A stretch of 64,000 nt of DNA from an uncultured bacterium (lineage in GTDB: Bacteria > Krumholzibacteriota > Krumholzibacteriia > LZORAL124-64-63), in the NCBI GenBank assembly GCA_963727525.1, contig CAVSGO010000007.1, positions 1,024,001 through 1,088,000 on the forward strand, in the 5' to 3' direction. Below the pieces are notes generated by a model. It was not told the origin of the DNA and made no database searches. It saw only the letters and a list, made by a program, of their open reading frames with translations. Shown piece by piece: positions 17,211 through 25,956 of this stretch. Both the position numbers and the translations under genes were made by a program. Every line of letters begins with the position of its first letter. Within the stretch, counting starts at the first letter, position 1.

Positions 17211-19375
17211 CGCGGCGCGGACATGCCCAGGCACGCCATCAGGAACGCCCCGACCTCGGCCGTCTGGACGATCTGGGTCGAGACCGTCACGCCTCCCCCG
17301 TGGCCGCTGGCCCGCCGTACCAGGAGCAAATGCGGGCCGCCGTCCGGATCCGCAGCTTGCAGGCGCGCCACCATCTTGCGCGCGTGCAGCGGGTCGACGC
17401 GCGCATCGTTCTCGCTGCCCGTGCACAGGAACGCCGGATAGCGGGTACCGTCCGCGACGTTGTGATAAGGCGAGTAGGCCAACAGATACGCGAACTGTTC
17501 CGGGTCGGCGCTGCTGCCATATTCCTCGGCCCAGATGTTGGCCAGGCCAAATTCGTGGTAGTTCACCATGTCCAGCAGCGGCACCTCGCACGCCACGGCC
17601 CGGAACAGCTCGGGCCGCTGCACCATGCACGCGCCCACCAGCAACCCGCCGTTGCTGCCCCCCCGGATGGCCAGCTTCTGCGGACGGGTCCAGTGGTTAT
17701 CCACCAGCCACTCGGCCGCCGCGATGAAGTCGTCGAACACGTCCTGCTTGTGCTCGCGCATCCCGGCCTCGTGCCAGGCACGACCGAACTCGCCGCCCCC
17801 GCGAAGATTCGCCATGGCGAACACGCCGCCTGCTTCCAGCCACACGAGCCAGGTGGTGGCGAAACTCGGACGCAGCGACACGTCGAAGCCGCCATAGCCG
17901 TAGAGCAGCGTCGGGTTCTCACCGTCGAGCACCACGTCCTTGCGGTGCACGAGGAACATGGGCACCCGGGTGCCGTCCTTGCTGGTGAACCAGACCTGCT
18001 GGGCCGCCATGTTGCTCGTGTCCACCGGTACGGGGAACTCGTGGTAGACGTCGAGGCGGTCGGCGTCGAAGTCGTACCGGTACGTGGTGCCGGGGAACGT
18101 GAAAGACGAGAAGCTGACCCACACATCGGGACGCGCCCAGTAGCCGCCCACGCCGCCGGTCCCGATCGTCGGGAACGGGACTTCGCGTAGATACGTGCCG
18201 TCGAGATCGTAGATCTTCACGAGCGTGTAGGCGTCATGCATGAAGCTGGCGTACACGTGACCGGCCACGCAGCCGATACCGTTGAGCTTGTCGCGCTCGG
18301 GCTGGGGTAGCCACACGCGCCACGCCTCGCGTTCGGGATGAGCGACGTCGGTCACGTACACCATCTTGCGCGGCGCGTCCTCGTCGGTGGTGATGAGGAT
18401 CGTGTCGCCGACGAAATCGACGCCGAACTCCGCTTTCATCCCGGTGGCCAGCGGCGTCAACGGATCATTGCTGCCCGTGCGTTTGAACCACACGTCGTTC
18501 ACGGTGAAGAGGCTGCGCTCATACACGGTGTAGCATCCGTCCTCGGTCACCCACACCGAATTCCACGTCTCTTTCACGGCCTCGTCCGCGAAGACCTGCA
18601 CATCCTCGCCAGGACCGGTGCCCAGGCGATGGAACCAGGTCTGGTGCCAGTACTCGTGTTCACCCGCGGGCACCTCGCCCGCGCAGGGCTTGCAACTGTA
18701 GAAGAACCCCGAGCCATCAGGCAGCCAGCTCGACACCGCCTGCTTCCAGCCGCGCAACCGGTCGGGCAGGATCTCCCGCGTCTGCGTCACCATGACCTGG
18801 ATCACCGGATTCTCGTCGCCACCATGCGCCGTGCCGAACGCCACGTAGCGCCCGTCGCGGCTGGGCCAGGTCCCGGCGAGCTGGTCGTGCGACGGCCACG
18901 CATTGGGATCGAGTAGCACCTCGGGCTCAGCGCCGTCGCGGCCACGGGTGACGTACGCCCATTTCTCCTCATTCTTCTTCTTCGTCCACGAGAACAGTCG
19001 CTCGCCATCGTACACGCGCATCGGTGTCGACTCGTCGTCGTACCGCCACAGCTCGCCGAACCGTCGTTCGAGCCATGCCTTCTGCGGCAGTCCGTCGATG
19101 ATCGCGTGCGTGAGCCGCTCCTGCTCATCCGTCCAGGTCTGCACGGTCGGATCGTCGGCCTGCTCGAGCCAGCGGTAGGGATCGGTGATCGGCGTGCCGT
19201 GATGATCGTCGGTGACCGGAATGCGGTCGGTCGGCGGATACTGATACGGTCCGTGCATCAGGTCGGGGCCTCCCTCTTCGTGGCCGGTCCGGTCGCGCCC
19301 TCCTGGGCCGGCGGCGGCAGGACCGGTCGCCAGCGAGACGAGGGCGATCGTGACGACGAAGACGACGGTTCGCAT
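17207..19375 (-). CDS. Secreted prolyl oligopeptidase (S9A)
   Basis: Signal peptide; DPYRWLE; YGYGGF; GGSNGG catalytic Ser; DARV Asp; GHG His; GGAG RBS before ATG 19375. Confidence 0.95.
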   Translation of the reverse strand: MRTVVFVVTIALVSLATGPAAAGPGGRDRTGHEEGGPDLMHGPYQYPPTDRIPVTDDHHGTPITDPYRWLEQADDPTVQTWTDEQERLTHAIIDGLPQKAWLERRFGELWRYDDESTPMRVYDGERLFSWTKKKNEEKWAYVTRGRDGAEPEVLLDPNAWPSHDQLAGTWPSRDGRYVAFGTAHGGDENPVIQVMVTQTREILPDRLRGWKQAVSSWLPDGSGFFYSCKPCAGEVPAGEHEYWHQTWFHRLGTGPGEDVQVFADEAVKETWNSVWVTEDGCYTVYERSLFTVNDVWFKRTGSNDPLTPLATGMKAEFGVDFVGDTILITTDEDAPRKMVYVTDVAHPEREAWRVWLPQPERDKLNGIGCVAGHVYASFMHDAYTLVKIYDLDGTYLREVPFPTIGTGGVGGYWARPDVWVSFSSFTFPGTTYRYDFDADRLDVYHEFPVPVDTSNMAAQQVWFTSKDGTRVPMFLVHRKDVVLDGENPTLLYGYGGFDVSLRPSFATTWLVWLEAGGVFAMANLRGGGEFGRAWHEAGMREHKQDVFDDFIAAAEWLVDNHWTRPQKLAIRGGSNGGLLVGACMVQRPELFRAVACEVPLLDMVNYHEFGLANIWAEEYGSSADPEQFAYLLAYSPYHNVADGTRYPAFLCTGSENDARVDPLHARKMVARLQAADPDGGPHLLLVRRASGHGGGVTVSTQIVQTAEVGAFLMACLGMSAPR

Positions 19376-19561
19376 GGGATATCTCCTCGACGAGAACCCA
19401 GTGGCGCACACGGCGGCTGCCATTCTAGAGGACCGGTACGGGGGCGGCCAGCGCAATGTCCGGCGTCGGGAAACCAATTTCGGGTTGTCCCGCCCGCGTT
19501 CAACAGGCACATTTGAGGTTCGAACCGCCCATCCGGAATCGCAGTCAGGGAGAATGCCACC

Positions 19562-21085
19562 ATGGCCATCGTGCTCAACGGCTCCGAACTCACGTGCGAC
19601 AAGGTCGTGCGCATCGCCCGCGACGGCGAGAAGGTCATCCTCGATCCCGAAGCCGTCGAGCGCATCAAGGCGTGCCGGGCCATGGTCGAACGAAAGATCG
19701 CCGCGCGCGAGATCATGTACGGGGTGAACACCGGCATCGGCGAGCTGGTGAACGTGATTCTGGAGCCGGACCAGATCGAGCAGTTCCAGCGCTATCTCGT
19801 CTACAACCACAGTGCCGGCATCGGTGAGCCCGCCCCCATCGAGTTCGTACGCGGCGCCATGGCCGGCCGCGCGAACGTACATGCGCACGGGAATAGCGGG
19901 TGCCGCCCGGAGATCACGCTCACACTGGTGGAAATGCTGAACAAGGGTGTCACACCATTCGTCTGCCAGAAGGGCAGTGTCGGCGCGTGCGGCGACCTCG
20001 CCCCCATGTCTCAGATAGCCCTTTTGATGATGGGCGAAGGCCAGGCCTATTACAAGGACGTGCTGCTGCCCGGCAAGACGGCGTTCGAACGCGCCGGCAT
20101 CCCGGTGCCGGGCCTGAAAGCCCGCGACGGCCTCGCCACGATCAACGGGTCCAACCTGCTGACGGCGATGAGCGCCATCCACGTCCAGGACATGGATCGC
20201 TGGCTGCGACAGGCCGAGATCGCATGCGCCATGTCGCTGGAAGCGTTGCTCGCCAACCTCAAGCCGTACGACGAGCGCCTGCATCAGGTGCGCGGATTCA
20301 CCGGCGCGGTGCGCAGTTCGGGCGCCATCCGTCGCTGTCTCGAGGGGAGCGACCTGGCCACCGGCAAGCTCGAGGTGAAGGTGCAGGACGCCTACTCCAT
20401 GCGGTCCACGCCCCAGGTCATCGGGGCTGCGCACGACGCGGTGCGCTGGGCAAAGAGCCAGGTGGAGATCGAGCTGAACGGCGTGGGCGACAATCCCATC
20501 TTCTTTCCTGCCGAGGACGTTACGCTCACGGGCGCGAACTTCCAGGGGACGCCGGTGTCGCTGCCGATGGAGGGCGCGGGTACGGCGGTCACCATGGTGT
20601 CGGTGCTCTCCGAGCGAAGGTTGAATCGTTTGCTCAACCCGGCGCTCAGCGTCGGACTGCCGGCCTTCCTCACGCGGGGTGCCGGCATGTTCAGCGGCCT
20701 CATGCTCAGCCAGTACACGGCCGACGCGCTCATCGTCGAGCAGCGCATGCTCTCGGCTCCGGCCGCCGTGGCGTCGATCCCTGCCGCTGCCGATCAGGAA
20801 GACTTCGTCTCCATGGGTATGAACACTGCCATCAAGAACGGGCAGATCCTCGCGAACGCGCACGGTGTGCTGGGCATCGAGCTGATGGCCGCCGCCCAGG
20901 CCCTCGACCTGCGCGAGCACGTGTTCGGCAAGGGCGTGCGCGCCGCGAAGGATGTCGTGCGCAAGCATGTCGAATTCCTCGAGGTCGATCGACCGCTCTA
21001 TCCCGACCACACGGCGATGCGCGACCTGGTGGCGTCGTGCGAGATCCTCGACGCGGTGGAGGCGGCCGTCGGGCCACTCGGCTAG
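19562..21085 (+). CDS. hutH: MIO-dependent ammonia-lyase, histidine ammonia-lyase-like (Ala-Cys-Gly variant)
   Basis: YGVNTG, GSVGACGDLAP, QDAYSMR, DNP, GANFQG, QEDFVSMG; substrate not certain. Confidence 0.8.
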   Translation: MAIVLNGSELTCDKVVRIARDGEKVILDPEAVERIKACRAMVERKIAAREIMYGVNTGIGELVNVILEPDQIEQFQRYLVYNHSAGIGEPAPIEFVRGAMAGRANVHAHGNSGCRPEITLTLVEMLNKGVTPFVCQKGSVGACGDLAPMSQIALLMMGEGQAYYKDVLLPGKTAFERAGIPVPGLKARDGLATINGSNLLTAMSAIHVQDMDRWLRQAEIACAMSLEALLANLKPYDERLHQVRGFTGAVRSSGAIRRCLEGSDLATGKLEVKVQDAYSMRSTPQVIGAAHDAVRWAKSQVEIELNGVGDNPIFFPAEDVTLTGANFQGTPVSLPMEGAGTAVTMVSVLSERRLNRLLNPALSVGLPAFLTRGAGMFSGLMLSQYTADALIVEQRMLSAPAAVASIPAAADQEDFVSMGMNTAIKNGQILANAHGVLGIELMAAAQALDLREHVFGKGVRAAKDVVRKHVEFLEVDRPLYPDHTAMRDLVASCEILDAVEAAVGPLG

Positions 21086-21098
21086 CCTGCCGAAACGG

Positions 21099-21127
21099 AG
21101 GCCGCGGCCACGCGCCGCGGCCTTTTT
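21099..21127 (+). terminator. Rho-independent terminator after the lyase gene
   Basis: AGGCCGCGGC-N5-GCCGCGGCCT then TTTT. Confidence 0.85.
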
Positions 21128-21141
21128 ATCCTTCCATGTAT

Positions 21142-21175
21142 TTTCGCTTTACTTTCGCTTTTTCTATGCTATCAT
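21142..21175 (+). promoter_or_regulatory. Promoter with direct-repeat operator TTTCGCTTT-N2-TTTCGCTTT
   Basis: Repeats at 21142 and 21153 overlap putative -35 TTTACT; TG-extended -10 TATCAT at 21170. Confidence 0.55.
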
Positions 21176-21223
21176 GATCGCCATCTTCACTGGACCTCAC
21201 CGACAGAGCGAAAGGACCAAGCG

Positions 21224-21751
21224 ATGACCTGGACCGACCTTCTCTCCTGCGACATGACCGATGCGTACAAGATCACCGACAATCTCATGGCGATGGTGAA
21301 GGACAGCGACCTGAGCTGGAAGCCGACGACCGGCAAGAACTGGATGACGACCGGCCAGCTCCTCAAGCACCTCACCGACGCCTGTGGTATGTGCTGCAAG
21401 GGGTTCGTCACCGGCGACTGGGGTATGCCCGAGGGCGTCGACGCCAGCGAGCTGCCGCCGGACCAGAAGCTCCCCCCTGCCGCTGCCCTGCCCACCGTGA
21501 GCAGCGTCGCCGAGGCGCGCAAGGCCCTCGCGGCCGACCGCGAGGTGGCCTTCGCCATGGTCGCGCAGGCCGGCGAGGACGCCCTCGATGGTCAGATCTC
21601 CGCCGCTCCGTGGAATCCCGAGCACCCGCAGTGCCTGGGCCAGCACTTGCTAGATATGGTCGGCCACCTGAATCAGCACAAGGGACAGCTCTTCTACTAC
21701 CTGAAGCTCATGGATCGCGACGTCAATACGATGCACCTCTGGGGCGTCTGA
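21224..21751 (+). CDS. DinB-superfamily (S-transferase-like) protein
   Basis: LSWKP...MTTGQLLKHL and HLNQHKGQLFYYLK His triad. Confidence 0.85.
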   Translation: MTWTDLLSCDMTDAYKITDNLMAMVKDSDLSWKPTTGKNWMTTGQLLKHLTDACGMCCKGFVTGDWGMPEGVDASELPPDQKLPPAAALPTVSSVAEARKALAADREVAFAMVAQAGEDALDGQISAAPWNPEHPQCLGQHLLDMVGHLNQHKGQLFYYLKLMDRDVNTMHLWGV

Positions 21752-21770
21752 GCAGCCCGGAAGCTCGGAC

Positions 21771-21799
21771 CTGACAACTCGTCGGTTAGCTGCTATCGT
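21771..21799 (+). promoter_or_regulatory. Sigma70 promoter of FKBP gene
   Basis: CTGACA-N17-TATCGT with TG extension. Confidence 0.55.
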
Positions 21800-21943
21800 G
21801 GGGCCCGTTCAGACGGACGATGCGCTGGTGGTCGACCGCTCCGCGAATTCCACCGCGAGCCCGCGCACGCAGTGCGGGCTCGCGACCTGCCAGCCTCCGG
21901 GAATTCCGTCCGCGGTTTCCAGATCCGAACGAGAGGATGGAGC

Positions 21944-22678
21944 ATGCGTTTGACGAGAATCGTGGCCGTGGCCCTGCTCTGCGTGGGAGTGGCGGCGTGC
22001 AACCAGTCGACGGGGGGATCGGCGAATTCGCTCACCAAGCTGTCGAACGATACCGAGAAGGCGAGCTACGCCGTCGGTATGGACATCGCCAGCTCCCTTT
22101 CGCGCAGCGGAATGGATTTCGACATCTCCGCGCTACAGCGCGGTCTGCACGACGGCCTGAGCCAGACCGACTCGTTGCTTACCGCGGCGGAGATCCAGCA
22201 GACCATCACGGATTTCCAGACCCAGGCCCGCGACAAGATGCAGGCCAAACAGAAGGCCGACGCCGATACCGCGAAGCAGGAAGGCGCCGACTTTCTCGCC
22301 AAGAACAAGACGCAGCCGGGCGTGAAGACCACCGATAGCGGTCTGCAGTACATCGTCGAGGTCGAGGGCAGCGGGCCCCAGCCCAAGGCCACCGACACCG
22401 TGAAGGTGAACTACAAGGGCACGCTCATCGACGGCACCGTATTCGACAGTTCGTATGATCGCGGCGAACCGGTCACGTTCCCGGTCAACCGCGTCATCCC
22501 GGGCTGGACGGAAGCCCTGCAGATGATGCATGTGGGCGGCAAGTGGAAACTCTTCGTCCCGGCCGATCAGGCCTACGGCGAACGCAGCCCCGGCCCGCAG
22601 ATTCCCGCCAACTCGACGCTGATCTTCGACGTCGAACTGATCGGGATCGAGCCGGCGGCGTCCGACTCCGGCAAGTAG
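21944..22678 (+). CDS. FKBP-type peptidyl-prolyl isomerase lipoprotein (FkpA/Mip-like)
   Basis: Lipobox VAAC; SYAVG; SGLQY; VFDSSY; VIPGWTEAL; IPANSTLIFDVEL. Confidence 0.95.
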   Translation: MRLTRIVAVALLCVGVAACNQSTGGSANSLTKLSNDTEKASYAVGMDIASSLSRSGMDFDISALQRGLHDGLSQTDSLLTAAEIQQTITDFQTQARDKMQAKQKADADTAKQEGADFLAKNKTQPGVKTTDSGLQYIVEVEGSGPQPKATDTVKVNYKGTLIDGTVFDSSYDRGEPVTFPVNRVIPGWTEALQMMHVGGKWKLFVPADQAYGERSPGPQIPANSTLIFDVELIGIEPAASDSGK

Positions 22679-22696
22679 CGCCGCGCCCACGATCGC

Positions 22697-22724
22697 CCAG
22701 CGGCCCGCGCCAGCGGGCCGCTGG
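22697..22724. terminator. Hairpin between convergent genes
   Basis: Perfect 12-bp stem CCAGCGGCCCGC/GCGGGCCGCTGG, 4-nt loop, no U-tract. Confidence 0.5.
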
Positions 22725-22735
22725 TGCGTTGCGCC

Positions 22736-23116
22736 CTAGTCCGGAAACCGCCCCGACGGTGGCTGCCAGAGCTCGATACGGTTGTCCTCCGGGTCGGTGA
22801 CCCAGCCGAAGCTGCCGTACTTCGAGGTCTCCGTGTGCGGATCCACGTCGCAACCCTCGGCGCGCAACGCGCTCAGAACCGCCTCGAGGTTCTCGACACG
22901 GTAGTTGATCATGTACGGCTGCGTCCCCGCACCGAAGTAATCGGAACTCTCGGGGAAGATGCTCCATACGGTCGCGCCATTCGGCTCTCGCCAGCGAAAG
23001 GTCGCCCCGCCCCAGGTCAGGATGTTCAGATCGAGGTGATCGCGGTACCACTCGCGCAACTTGTCAGGATTGCGCGCCTTGAAGAAGATCCCCCCGATGC
23101 CGGTCACGCGCGGCAT
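22736..23116 (-). CDS. VOC/glyoxalase-family protein
   Basis: VTGIGGIFFK...WY; MINYRV; YGSFGWVTDPEDNRIELWQP. Confidence 0.9.
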   Translation of the reverse strand: MPRVTGIGGIFFKARNPDKLREWYRDHLDLNILTWGGATFRWREPNGATVWSIFPESSDYFGAGTQPYMINYRVENLEAVLSALRAEGCDVDPHTETSKYGSFGWVTDPEDNRIELWQPPSGRFPD

Positions 23117-23125
23117 GGTCGCTCC

Positions 23126-23773
23126 TTAGCGTTTCGTGGTGAGCAGCTTGAACGCGTGCGACCAATCGTTGCGCAGGAAGCCGGGAATGCACCACAGCAT
23201 GGCCAGCGGTTCGATGGCGCGAGCCGCACTGGCTCCACCCATGTCGGCCGCGTCCCAGCCGCACTGGTCGAGCAGATGCGTCACCGTCGCCTTGGCCTGC
23301 GCGTCGTCGCCGCAGATGAACATGGTCGGCTTGCCGCCGACGAGGTTGGGATCCACCATCAATGCGCTCCCCACGCAGCTGAACGCCTTCACGAAGTGCG
23401 CGCCGCAACAGGCGTTCTGCAGGCGTTCGAGCAACGATTCGTCGAGCGACGTGAAGTACTTCAGCACGCCGTCCACGGGTGGCGCATCGGCGATGGGATT
23501 GGTGGTGTCGATGACCGTCTTGCCGACGAGGTTGTCGGCGCCCGCGAGCGCGAGCACAGCGGCTGCCGCCGTCCCCTTCACGGCGAGCACGACCGCCTCC
23601 CCGAACCGCGCCGTCGCGGCAAAGTCGCCCGTCGCGATGCTCCCCTGCGCCCGCGCCCAGTCCGCCAGTCGGGACGGCTCGCGCGAACCGATCTGGACAT
23701 CGTGACCGAGGCGGTGAAAGCCCGCGGCGAGCGCCTTGCCCACATCGCCGGAACCGAGAATACCGATCTTCAT
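23126..23773 (-). CDS. NADP oxidoreductase (F420-dependent NADP reductase family)
   Basis: GILGSGDVG Rossmann motif, GSR, IDTTNP, VKAF, ICGDD, ARAIEPL. Confidence 0.88.
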   Translation of the reverse strand: MKIGILGSGDVGKALAAGFHRLGHDVQIGSREPSRLADWARAQGSIATGDFAATARFGEAVVLAVKGTAAAAVLALAGADNLVGKTVIDTTNPIADAPPVDGVLKYFTSLDESLLERLQNACCGAHFVKAFSCVGSALMVDPNLVGGKPTMFICGDDAQAKATVTHLLDQCGWDAADMGGASAARAIEPLAMLWCIPGFLRNDWSHAFKLLTTKR

Positions 23774-23936
23774 CCTGCCCTCCCTGTCACCGCCACCGTG
23801 GCCGTTCCTAGCCACGATAGTCGCGACGCCGGCCGCCGCAATCCGTTCACGAAACCGGTCGTTTGCCGGCCACAGCCGTCGCATGTACCCATGTGCTGGT
23901 AGGGTTGTTCCGCCACTGAACCAGGGAGGTCGCGCT

Positions 23937-24524
23937 ATGGCGGCGAAGAAGATCCTGATGCTCGTCGGAGATTTCGTCGAGGACTACGAAGTGATGGTGC
24001 CGTTCCAGATGCTCACGATGGTCGGCCACACCGTGCATGCCGTGTGTCCGAACAAAGCTGCCGGCGACACCGTGCGTACGGCGGTGCACGATTTCGAGGG
24101 TGACCAGACCTACAGCGAGAAACCCGGCCACAACTTCCATCTGAACGCCACCTTCGCAGACATCGACCCGACGACCTACGATGCCCTCGTGATCCCGGGC
24201 GGGCGCGCCCCCGAGTACATCCGTCTGAACGCGGATGTCATCGCCGCCGTGACACACTTCGTCCAGAAACAGAAGCCCATCGCCGCCATCTGCCACGGGG
24301 CGCAGGTCCTCGTCGCCGGCGGCGGCGTGGAGGGCAAGATCTGCACGGCGTATCCCGCCCTGCAACCCGACATCGAGCGCAACGGCGGCACGTGGCGAGA
24401 CAACAACGCCACCTTCACCAACGCCGTCGTCGACGGCAATCTTGTCAGTGCTGGCGCCTGGCCCGCCCATCCGATGTGGATGCGCGAGTTCCTCAAGGTG
24501 CTGGGGTCGACGATCGAGGCATAG
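23937..24524 (+). CDS. DJ-1/PfpI family protein
   Basis: [24 protein letters not shown] catalytic Cys; GGAGG RBS. Confidence 0.92.
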   Translation: MAAKKILMLVGDFVEDYEVMVPFQMLTMVGHTVHAVCPNKAAGDTVRTAVHDFEGDQTYSEKPGHNFHLNATFADIDPTTYDALVIPGGRAPEYIRLNADVIAAVTHFVQKQKPIAAICHGAQVLVAGGGVEGKICTAYPALQPDIERNGGTWRDNNATFTNAVVDGNLVSAGAWPAHPMWMREFLKVLGSTIEA

Positions 24525-24597
24525 CACGTCGAGTGCCGGCATCACGACCAGCTCGAACGGCGGGTGCCGCAATTGCCGTTGCCGATCGGGCGCAAAA

Positions 24598-25374
24598 TCA
24601 CGCCCGCGGATCACCATGGAGCCGGAAGCCGAAGATCGCGTTCACGGCATCCGACGTGCGCTCGCCCGGCCAGCCGTCCACGCGCACGGAGATGCCGGGC
24701 ATCGTGTTGAGGAAGCGTTGCAGATCCTCGGCGAACGGGACCGCGGCGGTGGCGTAGTGCAGGATGGGCGCCGCGGCAATGCCACCGTCGAGCGGTGCGA
24801 TGGCCCCCTGCTGCTCCAGTCGACGGATGATGACTGCGGCGCCGCACTGGCGCGACACCGCACGGTCCGACCAGGTGCCGTCGGCGACGTATTTTCCGGA
24901 CGTGTAGTGGGTGGAGAAGCTCCATAGATACGGACTCTTGACGTGCGGATGGTGGAGGCGATAGCCCCAGCCGTTGTATCGCTCAAGCTCGTACAGGACG
25001 CGTGGCAACGTCCAGTCTCGCACTTCGTGGAGGGCGTGCATGCGTAGGGCGTCGCGGGCGCTGTCCTCCCAGGTGAACGGCGGGGCACCCGACGCGGGGC
25101 GGCCGGCGGGGACATGGACCGTCCTCGCCGTCAAACGGTCGCCGTTGTGGAGGTGGCGATCGAATCGCAGACCTGACTCCATGCCATGGATGGCGGCGAC
25201 GAAATACCACGGCGCGCCGAGGTCCTCGGCGAGCGATCGGTAACGCGTCTCGTTGCCCAGGATCTGACCAATGAGGCCGTCGGCATCGTCGAAACGCGAG
25301 GGCTTGACCTCGCAGGTCTTGTAGAGATCCAGGTATTCGCGCTCCAACGCCTGGGTGAGATTGATCGTCGGCAT
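24598..25374 (-). CDS. Lysozyme-family protein with putative C-terminal peptidoglycan-binding-like domain
   Basis: PWYFVAAIHGMES, HLHNGD.L, ERYNGWGY, SPYLWS, GKYVADG; C-terminal LQRFLN...VDGWPG.RT..AV. Confidence 0.8.
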   Translation of the reverse strand: MPTINLTQALEREYLDLYKTCEVKPSRFDDADGLIGQILGNETRYRSLAEDLGAPWYFVAAIHGMESGLRFDRHLHNGDRLTARTVHVPAGRPASGAPPFTWEDSARDALRMHALHEVRDWTLPRVLYELERYNGWGYRLHHPHVKSPYLWSFSTHYTSGKYVADGTWSDRAVSRQCGAAVIIRRLEQQGAIAPLDGGIAAAPILHYATAAVPFAEDLQRFLNTMPGISVRVDGWPGERTSDAVNAIFGFRLHGDPRA

Positions 25375-25517
25375 GGCGCCTCCCAACGAATGTCGTCGAT
25401 GCGATTCCGGCGGCAATGAGTCCGGGAGGCCCTGCGGTCCCGGCGTGGATGTCGGTCCCATGCGCCACATGGGGGTCGTGCGGCTGCTCGCTGGCGTGGA
25501 TCCGAGGATGACAGTCT

Positions 25518-25549
25518 AAAAAAAAGGACCTGCGCAGCGCGCACGTCCT
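25518..25549 (-). terminator. Rho-independent terminator after tRNA-Ala
   Basis: AGGACGTGCGC-GCT-GCGCAGGTCCT followed by a T-run on minus strand. Confidence 0.85.
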
Positions 25550-25568
25550 CTGGATCATTCGATCTGGT

Positions 25569-25644
25569 TGGTGGAGCCAAGGAGGATCGAACTCCTGACC
25601 TCTTGACTGCCAGTCAAGCGCTCTCCCAGCTGAGCTATGGCCCC
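25569..25644 (-). tRNA. tRNA-Ala(GGC)
   Basis: 76 nt GGGGCCATAGCTCAGCTGGGAGAGCG...CTTGA-CTGGCAG-TCAAG...GTTCGATCC...CTCCACCA. Confidence 0.98.
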
Positions 25645-25663
25645 ACCCGAGTCCAGGGGTCGA

Positions 25664-25691
25664 AATATAGCAGCGAATCGACGCCTGTCAA
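25664..25691 (-). promoter_or_regulatory. Sigma70 promoter of tRNA-Ala
   Basis: TTGACA-N16-TATATT with TG extension. Confidence 0.75.
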
Positions 25692-25703
25692 ACGGGGAGT
25701 GGC

Positions 25704-25732
25704 TTGACGGAAGCCCCGGCGCTGACTAAGCT
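25704..25732 (+). promoter_or_regulatory. Sigma70 promoter of tRNA-Leu
   Basis: TTGACG-N17-TAAGCT, back-to-back with the tRNA-Ala promoter. Confidence 0.75.
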
Positions 25733-25751
25733 TCCGCTTCTGCTCTGGGGT

Positions 25752-25840
25752 GCCGGAGTGGTGAAACTGGTAGACGCGCTGGACTCAAAATCCAGTGTCC
25801 TTAACTGGACGTGTCGGTTCGAGTCCGACCTCCGGCACCA
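25752..25840 (+). tRNA. tRNA-Leu(CAA)
   Basis: 89 nt GCCGGAGTGGTGAAACTGGTAGAC...CTGGA-CTCAAAA-TCCAG, long variable arm, GGTTCGAGTCC, CCA end. Confidence 0.98.
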
Positions 25841-25901
25841 GAGTTGTCCCCCGATTTCCGACTTCGTCGATCCTCCAGTGCGGATATCATCCCGATCGGG
25901 A

Positions 25902-25938
25902 CAAAAAAAGGCAGCCCCATTCGGAACTGCCTTTTTTG
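25902..25938. terminator. Bidirectional terminator between tRNA-Leu and pruA
   Basis: A7-GGCAG...CTGCC-T6. Confidence 0.85.
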
Positions 25939-25956
25939 CATTGAGTTGCGGGGGCG

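Noticed and set aside
17207-21010. 1267-aa ORF that looks like a giant prolyl oligopeptidase fusion
   Set aside because: Its first ~545 codons are the antisense of the lyase gene plus intergenic DNA; the real start with RBS and signal peptide is 19375
21100-25569. Prophage or genomic island integrated at tRNA-Ala
   Set aside because: No integrase, no duplicated tRNA 3' end found by eye, no obvious compositional shift
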